DNA of 64,000 nt from an uncultured Actinomycetota bacterium (GTDB taxonomy: Bacteria; Actinomycetota; Acidimicrobiia; Acidimicrobiales; Bog-793): assembly GCA_963758515.1 (NCBI GenBank), contig CAVWVO010000001.1, positions 201,511 through 265,510 of the forward strand, read 5' to 3'. The notes under the pieces were generated by a model. That model did no database searches and was not told where the DNA came from. It saw only the letters and a program-made list of their open reading frames with translations. Below, one piece after another: positions 1-9,737 of this stretch (position 1 is its first letter; each line of letters begins with the position of its first letter). A program made the position numbers and the translations under genes.

Positions 1-973
1 GGACCGCACCGGAGGAGCCGCCCCGGGCCACTCCGAGGCCGGCGAGCACCTCGAGCACCGCACGGTGGGCGTTGTTGACAGTCAACTCGGCCCAGTCGTA
101 GGGAGGCGACACCTCGACGACGTCCATCGCGACGATGGGGGTCTCGAGAGCGAGCTTGCGCACTGCGCGCAGCAGATCCGCCGGCGCAAGGCCGCCGGGC
201 TCCGGCGTCCCCGTACCGGGTGCAAATCCGGGATCGAGCACGTCGACGTCGAGCGACAGATAGATGCCGTCCGCAGACTCGAGCGCCTCGGCGACGGCGT
301 CCTCCATCACTGCCGGCAAGCCCCGCTCCCACACCTCCTGCATGAAGTGCCACCGCATGCCCTGCTCACGCATCCATTCGAAGGTTTCCTGAGGCGGCCA
401 GTAGCCGCGGAGGCCGACCTGGACGAAGTTCGCCCCCCGGACCGCCCCCGACTCGATCAACCGACGCATCGGGGTGCCGTGGCTGGCAAGGTTGCCGTCG
501 ATGCTGTCGGCGGTGTCGGCGTGGGCGTCGAAGTGGACGACGCCGACCCGGCCCCAGCCCCGCGCCTCGGCGACCGCCGTCGCCGCCGGCCACGTGATGG
601 AGTGGTCGCCGCCGAGGATGATCGGCACGATGCCCCGCTCGGCGACTTCCCCGACGCGGCGGCGGATATTGGCATGGGAGATCTCGGCGAGCCCGTGGGG
701 GCACATGGCGTCGCCGTAATCGACCACCTCGAGGTGCTCGAAGATCTCGATCCCGAGATCGAGGTGATAGGTGCCCGGGCCGTAGGCGAGCGCCCGCAGG
801 GCTCTCGGGCCGAAGCGGGCCCCTGGCCGGTAGGTAGTCGAGTCGTCCCAAGGGGCGCCGACGATGGCGACGTCGGGCTGCCAGCGATCGAGGTCGTCTG
901 TCTCGGTGAGGAGCGGGCACTGGGCAAAGGTGGCCGGCCCGGCGTACGAGGGGCCGCTCAGCTGATCCCGCAT
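1..973 (-). CDS. speB: Agmatinase (arginase-family ureohydrolase); 3' end runs off the window
   Basis: Not in the ORF track because the frame has no stop before position 1. Hand translation of the minus frame from ATG 973-971 gives MRDQLSGPSYAGPATF...IILGGDHSITWPAATAV...VVHFDAHADTAD...YLSLDVDVLDPGFAPGTGTPEPGGL. These are the GGDHS, DAHxD and DVDxxDP Mn-binding motifs of the family. Confidence 0.85.
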   Translation of the reverse strand, partial: MRDQLSGPSYAGPATFAQCPLLTETDDLDRWQPDVAIVGAPWDDSTTYRPGARFGPRALRALAYGPGTYHLDLGIEIFEHLEVVDYGDAMCPHGLAEISHANIRRRVGEVAERGIVPIILGGDHSITWPAATAVAEARGWGRVGVVHFDAHADTADSIDGNLASHGTPMRRLIESGAVRGANFVQVGLRGYWPPQETFEWMREQGMRWHFMQEVWERGLPAVMEDAVAEALESADGIYLSLDVDVLDPGFAPGTGTPEPGGLAPADLLRAVRKLALETPIVAMDVVEVSPPYDWAELTVNNAHRAVLEVLAGLGVARGGSSGAV

Positions 974-1250
974 CCCGGGGGGGATGGCCCGGCCCGGCGG
1001 GGACCGTCGCCCGCGGAGCCGTCACCTGCCGGCGCGGGCGGCGGCCCGGGCTGCTCGTAGCTCATCGGTCGCTGTTGATAGCACATCGGCCGCTCCAGGC
1101 CGGAACCGGGACCGCCGGCTCGTCGGCACCTACTGCGGCATCGGGCCGGCCTTCGTGCAAGGATGGCGCCGTGATGGGAACCGACCGATCCGAGGGGCGA
1201 GCCGGCGACGCCCTCACATCGCCCATCGGCCCGCTCCGGGACGGCACGTC

Positions 1251-2084
1251 GTGACCGGCGAGCCCGGCGCGTCGCCGGCCGAGGGGTCTGAGCTGTCGCT
1301 CATCCCGCTTGCAGAATTCGATCCCGACCCGACGGCGATGATCGAGCCGTCGTCGCATTTCGGCTTCGGCCGCGACGAGAGGCCGGACATGCCGCCCGTC
1401 GGCGTGGCGTGCTTCTTCGGCGACGTCGTGGAGAGGCTCGCCATAGAGCAACGTGCTCGCCTCGTGACGAGGCTGACGGCGGAGCACGGGCGTCATGCCG
1501 TCTGGGAGATCGAGCACGAGGGCGAGAGGCTGGCGTTCTTCCAGCCGGGACTCGGGGCGCCGTTGTCGGCCGGGTTTCTCGAGGAGGTGATCGACTACGG
1601 CTGCCGGACGCTGATCGTCTGCGGCGGGTGCGGCGCCCTCGATCCCGATCTGGCGCTCGGCCAAGTCGTCATCGTCTCAGAAGCCCTCCGCGACGAGGGG
1701 ACCTCTTTCCACTACCTGCCGCCGTCGCGCACGGTGAAGGCCGACCCGTCAGTCGTGGCCATCCTCGAGCGCCTCCTCTCGAGCCGCGCCGTCCGGTCCG
1801 CCACCGGGATGACGTGGACGACAGACGCCTTCTACCGGGAGACTCACGGCAAGGTCGCCCGCCGCCGGCAGGAGGGCTGCATCATCGTCGAGATGGAGGC
1901 TGCCGCTCTCATCGCCGTCGCAGGCTTCCGCGACGCCCGCCTCGGCCTTCTGCTCTATGCCGGCGACACCCTCGCCGGCGAATCGTGGGACCATCGCGAC
2001 TGGGTGAGCGCCCACGACGTCCGCTCCCAGCTGTTCTGGCTGGCGGCCGACGCTGCCGTCGAGGTGGCTGCCGACGCCCACTGA
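1251..2084 (+). CDS. Nucleoside phosphorylase family protein (PNP_UDP_1-like)
   Basis: C-terminal ~280 aa of track ORF 984..2084: ...LIVCGGCGALDPDL..GQVVIVSEALRDEGTSFHY...TWTTDAFYRET...CIIVEMEAAAL. The upstream part of the ORF is Arg-rich noise and would collide with the speB start. GTG 1251 was chosen as the start and is uncertain. Confidence 0.6.
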   Translation: MTGEPGASPAEGSELSLIPLAEFDPDPTAMIEPSSHFGFGRDERPDMPPVGVACFFGDVVERLAIEQRARLVTRLTAEHGRHAVWEIEHEGERLAFFQPGLGAPLSAGFLEEVIDYGCRTLIVCGGCGALDPDLALGQVVIVSEALRDEGTSFHYLPPSRTVKADPSVVAILERLLSSRAVRSATGMTWTTDAFYRETHGKVARRRQEGCIIVEMEAAALIAVAGFRDARLGLLLYAGDTLAGESWDHRDWVSAHDVRSQLFWLAADAAVEVAADAH

Positions 2085-2087
2085 GGC

Positions 2088-3441
2088 TCAACGCCGTTCG
2101 GCGAACCATCCCCACCGGTCGAGGCGGGCGAGCCACCGGGGCTGGCGCACGAGCGGGGGAGCGGGCTCGGCGGCATCCTCGACCGTGCCGGGAGGCGCCG
2201 TCTCGTCGTCGGCTGTGCCGACCTCGGTCTCCCGTGAGGCCGATGCCACCTCTTGCCTCCGCCGTGAGCGAGCCGAGGGCGGCCCGGCGCTCGGGCCAGC
2301 TGGCGCCACGGCCGACGCGGAGCGAGACCCAGCATCCGGCGCCCGCAGGTATGGGAAGCCAGAAGCTGAACAGGCGCCAGCCGAGGACGGCGAGGGCGCC
2401 GATCCCGATCGGCACGCCGAAGCCGCGGAGCACCGCCGGAACGGCCGCCTCCACCGGGCCGAGCCCCCCGGGGTGAGGGGGATGGCGGCGAGGACGTTGC
2501 CCACGCCGTAGGCGACGAAGAGGTCGATCGGGTTGAGGGCGTAGTTGAAGGCCGCAAGGCAGACCCACAAGCAGGTGGCATCGAGGAGCCAGTTCGACGC
2601 CGCCCAGACGACCCCCTTCGTGAGGAGCGCCCGGTTGTCAGCCAAGGAGTGAAGCCGGCTGGGCGATGTGGCGGACGGCATTCTCCATTCGGTCCTCTGG
2701 TATGAAGCGCACCCGCCGGGCGAGGTAACGCAAGGCGTTGGCCGCCCAACCGCGTCCCTCGGCGAAACCGACGACGAGGGCGGCGAAGAGCGCCAGCAGG
2801 ACGGCGGAGATGATCGCCACCGTCACATAGACGGGCCGGAAGCCGTTGATCGGGATCGACACGACGAGGGCCAGCCACAACATGGCATTGAGGACGACGG
2901 CCGAGCCGATGCCCTGGCTGGCTGCGGCGAAGGCGACATCAGTCCCTTTCACACCGTTCGTGGTCATGAGGCGGTAACCGAGGCCCGTCCCGCCTGCCGT
3001 GCCACCCGGAAGGACGTGGCTCACCCCGAGGGCGGCGACGTTGATCCGGAACCCCTTCGACAAGCTGAGCGAGTCCGGCGGCAGCAGCACGAGAGTGAGC
3101 TTGGCGTAGGCGAGCTGCGCGAGCACCTCGAGGCCGAGGCCGAGCAGCAAGAGGGCGATGTTGACGTGCTCGAGGGCATGGATGCTCTTCTTTGCGAGCA
3201 GGAGCTCCGGGATGACGAGGTACTCCACGATGAGCAGGAAGATGATGACCACGAGGCCCCGGCGGAGGAAGCGGGGGACGTGCCACCAGTTGCGTCTCTT
3301 CCCCGGTCGCGGGGCGGCTGTGAAGTCGCGCGTCGAGACGAGCTCGATCTCGGAGGCGGAGGTGCCGCCCGGGCCGCCGCCGGCCGTGTCGGGGCCGCGA
3401 CGGGCGCTCCTGGGCGGCCCGCTCCGCCCGACCTCTGCCAT
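2088..3441 (-). pseudogene. Flippase-like / UPF0104 (lysyl-PG synthase TM-region family) membrane protein, frame-broken 2-3 times
   Basis: Track ORFs 2638..3573, 2088..2681 and 1909..2568 each carry a consecutive piece: multi-TM N-part; ...LADNRALLTKGVVWAASNWLLDATCLWVCLAAFNYALNPIDLFVAYGVGNVLAAIPLTPGG; then LGPVEAAVPAVLRGFGVPIGIGALAVLGWRLFSFWLPIPAG. One break lies at the C6/G4 run 2464-2473. Start taken at MAEVGRSG (3441). Confidence 0.6.
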
Positions 3442-3665
3442 CCCACCATGCTTGCAGGCACCGCCGCCGGTGGCGAGCACCGCAGCAGCTTCAACGGCGT
3501 CCCGGGGATTACCGCCCCAGGCGAAAGGGCATCCCTGTCGCCGTGGAGAGACCGCCGGCGTGCCGCGGCACATGCCCCGCCGGCGAGCCTCACCGGCCCG
3601 CTCCGGAGCCGGGGCAGGACCAGGACCACGTCAGGTGCGCCCTGGATGGAGTTGACTTGAGAGGT

Positions 3666-4964
3666 ATGGCCGAGCCGTCCGGAACGCGCCCCGACCCCTC
3701 GTTGGCCTCGAGGGTGCCGGGTCTCGGCAACGATGCCGTCCGGGCCGCCCGCCGCGAGTTCGAGCGCCGCGTGATGCGGGGCACGCTCATCGTCGACGCC
3801 ATCGTCGTCGTAACGATCGTGTTGGCGCTCATCGTCTGGCGGCTCCGGGCGATCCTCCTCCTCGTCGTCGTGGGGCTGTTCCTCGCCGCCGTCCTTCACC
3901 CGATAGTGAGGTTCTTCGAGCATCGGGGGCTCCGTCGCGGCATCGCGACGACGGTCGTCTTCTTCCTCGCCTTCATCGTCGCCCTCGGCGTCGGCGCCGT
4001 CATCGTCAACCCGATCATCAGTTCGGCCACGCACTTCGTGAAGGTGCTGCCCCGCCTCGTCAGCCAGGCCCAGCACGGAAGGGGCCAGATCGGCCATCTG
4101 GTTGCACGGTTCCACCTGCTCAACTTCGTCAAGTCGAAGCAGGCCAACCTGCAGAATCTCGTCACCAAGGTGGGTAAGCCCGCCCTCGCGATCGGCAAGA
4201 GCGTCGTGAGCGGGCTGGCGGCGGTCGTCACCATCATGTTCCTCACCTTCTTCCTCCTCCTCGAGGCGCCCCGGCTGGCGAGAGGAGTGTTCCTGTGGAT
4301 GCAGCCGGAACGCGCCGAGCGGACGCGGCACATCCTCGACGAGGTGAACAAAGCCGTCGTCGGCTACATGCTCGGCAACTTCGTCACTTCCGTCATCGCC
4401 GGTGTCGTGATCGGCGTGACCCTCTACGTGCTCGGCGTGCCCTTCCCGGTCGTGCTTGCGGTGTGGGTGGCTCTCGTCGACTTCCTGCCGATGATCGGTG
4501 GCCTGCTGGCCGGCCTTCCGACCGTCATCATCGCCGGCCTCCACTCCCTTCCGGCCGGGATCGTCACGCTGATCGTGTTTCTCGTCTACCAGGAGGTGGA
4601 GAACCACATCCTCAACCCGGTGATCATGAGCAGGACCGTGCGCCTCAACCCCCTCTGGGTGATGCTGGCCGTCCTGCTCGGTGCCGAGCTCGGTGACCTG
4701 ATCGGCTCCGTCTCGGGCGCCCTCATCGGTGCGCTTCTCGCCGTTCCCACCGCCGGCGCCGTCCAGGTCATCGCCCGCGATCTCTGGCTCCACCGAACGG
4801 GCGCATCGATCCTCGGCCTGAGCGTGGACGGAGCCGGCGCAGATGGCAGCGAGCTGTCCGGCAAGGACGAGGGCGGCGTCATCGGAACCGGGAGAGGCAT
4901 CGTGGCAAAGGGGGGCGCCACCGTCCGCCGCTACCGCCGGGAGGTTCCGAGAAGACGCCGGTAG
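3666..4964 (+). CDS. AI-2E family transporter (PerM/UPF0118)
   Basis: Track ORF 3543..4964. Multi-TM protein with the family-typical ...VNKAVVGYMLGNFVTSVIAGV...VALVDFLPMIGG...LVYQEVENHILNPVIMSRTV. ATG 3666 is preceded by gagagg. Confidence 0.8.
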   Translation: MAEPSGTRPDPSLASRVPGLGNDAVRAARREFERRVMRGTLIVDAIVVVTIVLALIVWRLRAILLLVVVGLFLAAVLHPIVRFFEHRGLRRGIATTVVFFLAFIVALGVGAVIVNPIISSATHFVKVLPRLVSQAQHGRGQIGHLVARFHLLNFVKSKQANLQNLVTKVGKPALAIGKSVVSGLAAVVTIMFLTFFLLLEAPRLARGVFLWMQPERAERTRHILDEVNKAVVGYMLGNFVTSVIAGVVIGVTLYVLGVPFPVVLAVWVALVDFLPMIGGLLAGLPTVIIAGLHSLPAGIVTLIVFLVYQEVENHILNPVIMSRTVRLNPLWVMLAVLLGAELGDLIGSVSGALIGALLAVPTAGAVQVIARDLWLHRTGASILGLSVDGAGADGSELSGKDEGGVIGTGRGIVAKGGATVRRYRREVPRRRR

Positions 4965-4973
4965 GCTGCACCT

Positions 4974-5777
4974 GTGCGAGTCCTGGTGGTGCTGCCCACC
5001 TACAACGAGGCATTGAACATCGCCAATGTCCTCGAGCGCGTCCGGAGCGTGCTGCCCGAGGCCTCCATCCTCGTCGTCGACGACAACAGCCCGGACGGGA
5101 CGGCAGACCTCGCAGAAAAGTGCGCCGTCGATCTCGGCGGGATCTACCTGCTCCGGCGAGTCGGCAAGGCGGGTCTCGGGAGCGCCTACCGGGACGGTTT
5201 CCGGTGGGGCCTCGAACGAGACTTCGAGGTCCTCGTGGAGATGGACTCCGACCTCTCGCACGACCCGGAGGCCCTCGCCGCGTTGCTGGCTCCGCTCGAG
5301 GATGGCTACGACGTCTCGATCGGCTCCCGGTACGTGCCGGGCGGCTCGATCCCCCGCTGGACACTCAGCCGGCGGCTCTTGTCGCGGGGCGGCAACGTCT
5401 ACGCCGACGTGCTCCTCGGGCTCGGGGTGAAGGACTCGACAGCCGGGTTTCGCGCCTACTCGGCTCCGCTGCTCCGGCGGATCGACCTCGACGGGGTCCG
5501 CGCCGGCAGCTACGGCTTCCAGATCGAGATGACGTACCGGGCGATCGAGGCCGGCGGCCGGATCCGTGAGGTGCCGATCCGGTTCGTGGACCGCACGCTC
5601 GGCACCTCGAAGATGTCGACGTACACGGTGCTCGAGGCGCTCTTCCTCGTCACCGTGTGGGGTCTCCGACGCCTGGTCGGGCACATCCTTCCTGCCGAGC
5701 GGTCGGAGCGCCCGGACGGCCCGGTCTCGCGCCGCTCGAAGTCGCCGACGAGGTTGGTCGGGGGGTCACGTAGCTGA
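4974..5777 (+). CDS. ppm1: Polyprenol-phosphate mannosyltransferase (GT2, Ppm1/DPM1-like)
   Basis: MRVLVVLPTYNEALNI...ILVVDDNSPDGT...LVEMDSDLSHDP...GSRYVPGG...GFRAY...GFQIEMTY is the canonical GT2 Dpm1 pattern. Confidence 0.85.
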   Translation: MRVLVVLPTYNEALNIANVLERVRSVLPEASILVVDDNSPDGTADLAEKCAVDLGGIYLLRRVGKAGLGSAYRDGFRWGLERDFEVLVEMDSDLSHDPEALAALLAPLEDGYDVSIGSRYVPGGSIPRWTLSRRLLSRGGNVYADVLLGLGVKDSTAGFRAYSAPLLRRIDLDGVRAGSYGFQIEMTYRAIEAGGRIREVPIRFVDRTLGTSKMSTYTVLEALFLVTVWGLRRLVGHILPAERSERPDGPVSRRSKSPTRLVGGSRS

Positions 5778-5842
5778 TCGCCGGCGCCGGTACCTCTGAC
5801 GGAGCGGTTACCGCGGCGATCGAGGCGGGAAGCGGGCGGTCT

Positions 5843-6619
5843 GTGCTGCTCGTGCACGGGCAGCCCGGCTCGGGTGCGGACTGGGGGCCTCTTTCGCGCC
5901 TCCTCGCCGCCGATCATCACGTCATGGCGCCCGACCGGCCGGGGTGGGGCCTCAATCCGCGGTCGCCCTCCGGCCTGCGGGGGAACGCGAGGGCGCTCGC
6001 CGACGCCGTTGCCGCCTTCGGCCTCCGCCCCCCGGTCACCGTCGTGGGCCACTCGCTCGGCGGCGGCATCGCCCTCGAGCTGGCCCTCGAGCGGCCCGAT
6101 CTCGTCGGCGCCCTCGTCCTGATCGGCTCCGTCGGAGTGGGGCTGGCGCTCAACCGCCTCGACAGGCTGCTCGGCGTGCCGATGGTTGGCGAAGGGATCG
6201 TTCGCGCCGGCGTCGCAGCCCTCCGCGGCACGGTGGCCGCCGCCGCCCGCCTCCCAGAAGGCGGCCGCCCCATCTCGCCGGCCCGCCGCCTCGGGCGGAT
6301 CGCCTCGGTCGTCACGTCCTTCGATGACACCAATCCCGTCGTCGGCCGAGCCCGCACAAGCTTCCTCGTCGAGCAGAAGGCGCTCCTCGCCGAGACGCCG
6401 TCGCTCGAGCGGCGCCTCGGGCTCCTCGGCGTCCCAGCCGTCGTTGTGCACGGGGCGGGGGACCGGATCGTCCCGCTCCCGGCCGCCCGGCTGCTCGCCG
6501 AGCGGATCCCGGGGGCCGAGCTCGTCACCATCCGCGGCCAGGGCCACAGCATCGCTTCGGAGGAGCCGGCGCTCGTCGTCCCGATCGTCGCCCGTTACGC
6601 CCGCCTCGGCGGCGATTAG
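5843..6619 (+). CDS. Alpha/beta-fold hydrolase
   Basis: LLVHGQPGSGADW...VVGHSLGGGIALELA (GxSxG nucleophile elbow)...VVHGAGDRIVP...GHS. The frame is open upstream to 5774 with no canonical start, so the true start may be earlier. Confidence 0.7.
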   Translation: MLLVHGQPGSGADWGPLSRLLAADHHVMAPDRPGWGLNPRSPSGLRGNARALADAVAAFGLRPPVTVVGHSLGGGIALELALERPDLVGALVLIGSVGVGLALNRLDRLLGVPMVGEGIVRAGVAALRGTVAAAARLPEGGRPISPARRLGRIASVVTSFDDTNPVVGRARTSFLVEQKALLAETPSLERRLGLLGVPAVVVHGAGDRIVPLPAARLLAERIPGAELVTIRGQGHSIASEEPALVVPIVARYARLGGD

Positions 6620-7900
6620 GGCCGGACGGCGGCGGCTAGGAAAGCCTGCAGCTTGAGCTGTGTCTCGGCAAGCTCGCCGGCCGGATCGGAGTCGCTCACG
6701 ATGCCCACGCCGGCGAAGAGGCGGGCCGTGCGGCCGGCGACGAGTGCACAGCGGATGCCGAGGTACCACTCGCCGTCGCCGTCGCCCCTGATCCACCCGG
6801 CAGCGCCGCCGTAGCGGTCCCGGTCGAGCTCCTCCGCCTTCTCGAGGTAGTCGAGCGCCAGGTCGGCCGGTGTGCCCGCCACCGCCGGCGTCGGGTGAAC
6901 GAGCGCCAGCACGTCGAGGGCAGTGGGCAGCCTCCCGTCCGGCCCGGTGCTCAGGTTGCCGCCAATCCTCGTCCCGAGATGCGAGACGTTGCGGAGCTCG
7001 ACGATCTGAGGGGCTTCGGGCACCTCGAGGTCGTCGGTCGCGGGCAACAGGGCGGCGGAGATCGCCTCCACGACGGCTCGGTGCTCGGCCCGCTCCTTCG
7101 GGGAGCTGAGAAGAGCCGCCTCGGCCCGGCGGTCGGCGTCCGGGTCCCCGCTCCGCGAAGCCGTCCCGGCGAGTGGATGTGACTCGACGCGCCGTCCCGC
7201 CCTCCGGACGAGGAGCTCCGGGCTCGCGCCGAGAAACCCGCTCCAGGGCGAACGTCAGGCACGACGGGTGCAGAGACCGCAGCCTCTCCAACAGGTCTGC
7301 CTGGCGGAAGGGCCGGTTAGCCTCGACAACCACCTCGCGTGCCATCACCACCTTTTCGAGGCGGCCACTGCGCACCTCGCCGACAGCGTCGGCGACGCGG
7401 CGCAGGAAGTCGGCATGGGGTCGCGCCGAGCGCAGCATGAAGCCGTCCGGTGGAGGCTCTCGCCTTAGCGGCGGGGCGGCAAGAAGGTCGTCGAGGGGCC
7501 GGAGGCTTGCCGTCTCGCCCGTTACGACGGCAACGGGGGCGGAGCCGTCCCGCGACACCACCTGCACCGCAGGCACGACGAGGAGGGACGGGCCTCCCGG
7601 GAGGAACTTGAACGCCCCCATGGCACAGGGAAGCTCTGCGGGGGAGCGGCTGCTCCGGGAAGGACCTCCTTCTCGGGGCTCCCCCCGGTGGCGTATCTCG
7701 CCCAGCTCCCGGACCACCCCCTCGAGAGCTGCAGGATCTTGGAGCCCGTTCGGCAACTTGAGGAGGCGGGCCACTCCGAGACCGAGAATCGACAGGCCGT
7801 CCCGCTCGACCACCATCCCCTCCGAGAAGGCCCGTTGCCGCAGCCGGCTGAATTCGGCCTCTTCGAGCGTGCGGCAGGCGAAGCCGAGCTCGACCATCAA
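6616..7900 (-). CDS. menF: Isochorismate synthase (menaquinone pathway); one frame break near 7234-7239
   Basis: The N-part is the first ~220 aa of track ORF 5510..7900 (...RSLHPSCLTFALE). Hand translation one frame over continues FLGASPELLVRRAGRRVESHPLAGTASRSGDPDADRRAEAALLSSPKERAEHRAVVEAI, joining track ORF 6616..7071 (...YGGAAGWIRGDGDGEWYLGIRCA...AGVGIVSDSDP). ATGA overlap with the menG stop. Confidence 0.75.
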
Positions 7901-8697
7901 GGCTCCGCCGTCAGCGCGTCCGGCCGGACCGTCACCCGCGGCATGCCTGCCCGTGTGGCGGTGACGACCTGCGCCACGCCGCCCGTCATGAGGTCACGCC
8001 GCATGCCCGTGAAGCCGGCATCGCCGAGCATGGCGGCGAGCTGGGCATAGACGGGGAGATAGGAGACCGAACGGGGAAGATAGCGGTAGGCGGCGGGATC
8101 TGAGAAGAGACCGCCGATCCGGGGCACGACGTGGTTGAACCAGATCGAGTGGCCGGCCCGGATGAGCCTGTTGGGGGGCTCGGCCACCTCGAGCAGCGAT
8201 ATCCGACCACCCGGCCGCACGACTCGCGCAAGCTCCACTGTCACCGCCGGCAAATCAGAGAAGTTCCGCAGCGCAAAGCCGCTCACCACGCCGTCTACTG
8301 CCGAGTCGTGAAGCGGCAGCATCGCCGCGTCCGACTGGACGAGGGGCGCCACGCTCCGGTCGCCGGTCCTCAGCATGCCGATGGACAGGTCGATGCCGAC
8401 AGAGCGGTAGCCGCGGCGAACGAGAGTCCGGGCGAGATCCCCGGTCCCGCAGCCGACGTCGGCAACAAGGGCCCCCGGCCCGAGGGCGAGCAGCCGGATG
8501 GCCGTGCGCCGCCAGAGCGAGTCGAGGCCGAAGGTGATGAGCCCGTTTACGAAGTCGTAGCGCGGGGCGATCGAGTCGAACATCTCGCGCACGAACGTCC
8601 GCTTGTCGGTGCCGGTTGGCAGCGCCTGCTCAGCGTCCACCGATGCCACTTTAAAGGGTGGGGCGGCATGCACGGTAGGCTCCCGCCGCTCCGACAT
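7897..8697 (-). CDS. menG: Demethylmenaquinone methyltransferase (UbiE/MenG family)
   Basis: ...VREMFDSIAPRYDFVNGLITFGLDSLWRR...VADVGCGTGDL (SAM motif I)...ISLLEVAEP. The start is uncertain: ATG 8697 or in-frame GTGs at 8673, 8649 and 8640. Confidence 0.85.
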   Translation of the reverse strand: MSERREPTVHAAPPFKVASVDAEQALPTGTDKRTFVREMFDSIAPRYDFVNGLITFGLDSLWRRTAIRLLALGPGALVADVGCGTGDLARTLVRRGYRSVGIDLSIGMLRTGDRSVAPLVQSDAAMLPLHDSAVDGVVSGFALRNFSDLPAVTVELARVVRPGGRISLLEVAEPPNRLIRAGHSIWFNHVVPRIGGLFSDPAAYRYLPRSVSYLPVYAQLAAMLGDAGFTGMRRDLMTGGVAQVVTATRAGMPRVTVRPDALTAEP

Positions 8698-9319
8698 GGA
8701 AAAGAACCGCATCGAGGCATTTAGCGACGGGGTCATGGCCGTGGCGATCACACTGCTTGTGCTGGACCTCTCCATCCCGATCGCCCGGCGGCACGCTCAG
8801 CTGGCATCGCTTCTCGGAGAGGAATGGCCCCGGTTCGCCGCCTACGGGGTCAGCTTCCTCGTCATCGGGATCATCTGGGTCAACCACCACACCCTGTTCT
8901 CACTGTTGAGCCACGTCGACCGCCCGCTCCTCTTCGTCAACTTGTTCCTGCTCGCGGACGTCGTGCTGATCCCCTTCGGCACGGCGCTCCTCGCCGACAA
9001 CATCAGACAGGGTGGGAGCAATGCCCACGTGGCGGCCGCCATCTACTCGGCCATCTCGCTCCTGATGGCCGTCGGGTTCAGCGCCATGTACGTGTACATG
9101 ACAGTCGACGGGAGGCTGCTCCGCGATGGTGTGGACCTTGAAGCGGCACGAGCGTGTCGCCTTCGCTTCAGTGGTGGCGGAGTCTTCTATCTCGTCCTCG
9201 TCGGGCTTGCCTTCGTCAATGCCTACCTGACCCTTGCCTGTCAGTTCGCCTTAGCCGCCTACTACGTGTTCAACCGGCTGCCGGTGCCGCCGGCGCCGGC
9301 GGAGGCAACCGGCTCCTGA
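8696..9319 (+). CDS. TMEM175-family (DUF1211) potassium channel
   Basis: MEKNRIEAFSDGVMAVAITLLVLDL carries the RxxxFSD signature of TM1, and 6 predicted TM segments follow. ATG 8696 lies inside track ORF 8603..9319. Confidence 0.75.
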   Translation: MEKNRIEAFSDGVMAVAITLLVLDLSIPIARRHAQLASLLGEEWPRFAAYGVSFLVIGIIWVNHHTLFSLLSHVDRPLLFVNLFLLADVVLIPFGTALLADNIRQGGSNAHVAAAIYSAISLLMAVGFSAMYVYMTVDGRLLRDGVDLEAARACRLRFSGGGVFYLVLVGLAFVNAYLTLACQFALAAYYVFNRLPVPPAPAEATGS

Positions 9320-9725
9320 AGCACGGCCGCGAGCGCCGCCAGGAAGACCCGTTCTCCTCCGGCCGAAGACAGCCCTCGAGCCCCTCGGGGGCAAGTGGCC
9401 TCGAAGACGACCACTGCCCGTCCCGGTTCTCCGTAGGCGGGCATCAGGCACTGAAGCACCTCGTTCGACCCGTTCGCGCAGAAGATCCGGTCGGCGCCGA
9501 CCCCGTGGTGCCGTCCGATCGCGTCTCGAACGACAACCGGCGCGGCGGTCGGGGCAACGGTTAACGGCGATCTCTGTGACTGCGGCCGCCAATTGCTCCC
9601 CGAAGGCGTCGGCGGCGGCCCGCCGACTCGTTCGTGTTCAGCCGGACGCTGGCGGCAGCGTCGGGGAGTGATAGCCGGCTCCGAGAGCAGCTGGGTTCGG
9701 CGGTCGGGAGGCCGACCGCTGTCAC
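9262..9725 (-). pseudogene. hisC: Histidinol-phosphate aminotransferase remnant (N-terminal ~150 codons, at least 2 frame breaks, rest of gene absent)
   Basis: Pieces lie in three minus frames directly downstream of hisD: VRLNTNES; DAFGEQLAAAVTEIAVNRCPDRRA; VVVRDAIGRHHGVGADRIFCANGSNEVLQCLMPAYGEPGRAVVVFE. The similarity then stops and the frame runs into the convergent channel gene. Confidence 0.55.
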
Positions 9726-9737
9726 GCCGGCCCGGTC

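Noticed and set aside
3021-5684. 887-codon minus-strand ORF. Similar giant ORFs include 20916..22142(-), 45627..46772(-), 46015..47151(-), 60852..62939(+), 62210..63559(+), 27650..28519(-) and most of 5510..7900(-).
   Set aside because: They are antisense or out of frame to well-supported genes. Arg/Pro/Gly/Asp-skewed composition is typical of stop-poor shadow frames in ~70% GC DNA, and no family motifs are present.
8695-8698. Apparent back-to-back overlap of the menG and channel-gene start codons (CATG).
   Set aside because: This is probably an artefact of choosing the first ATG for menG. In-frame GTGs 24-57 nt downstream give a normal N-terminus and leave room for promoters.
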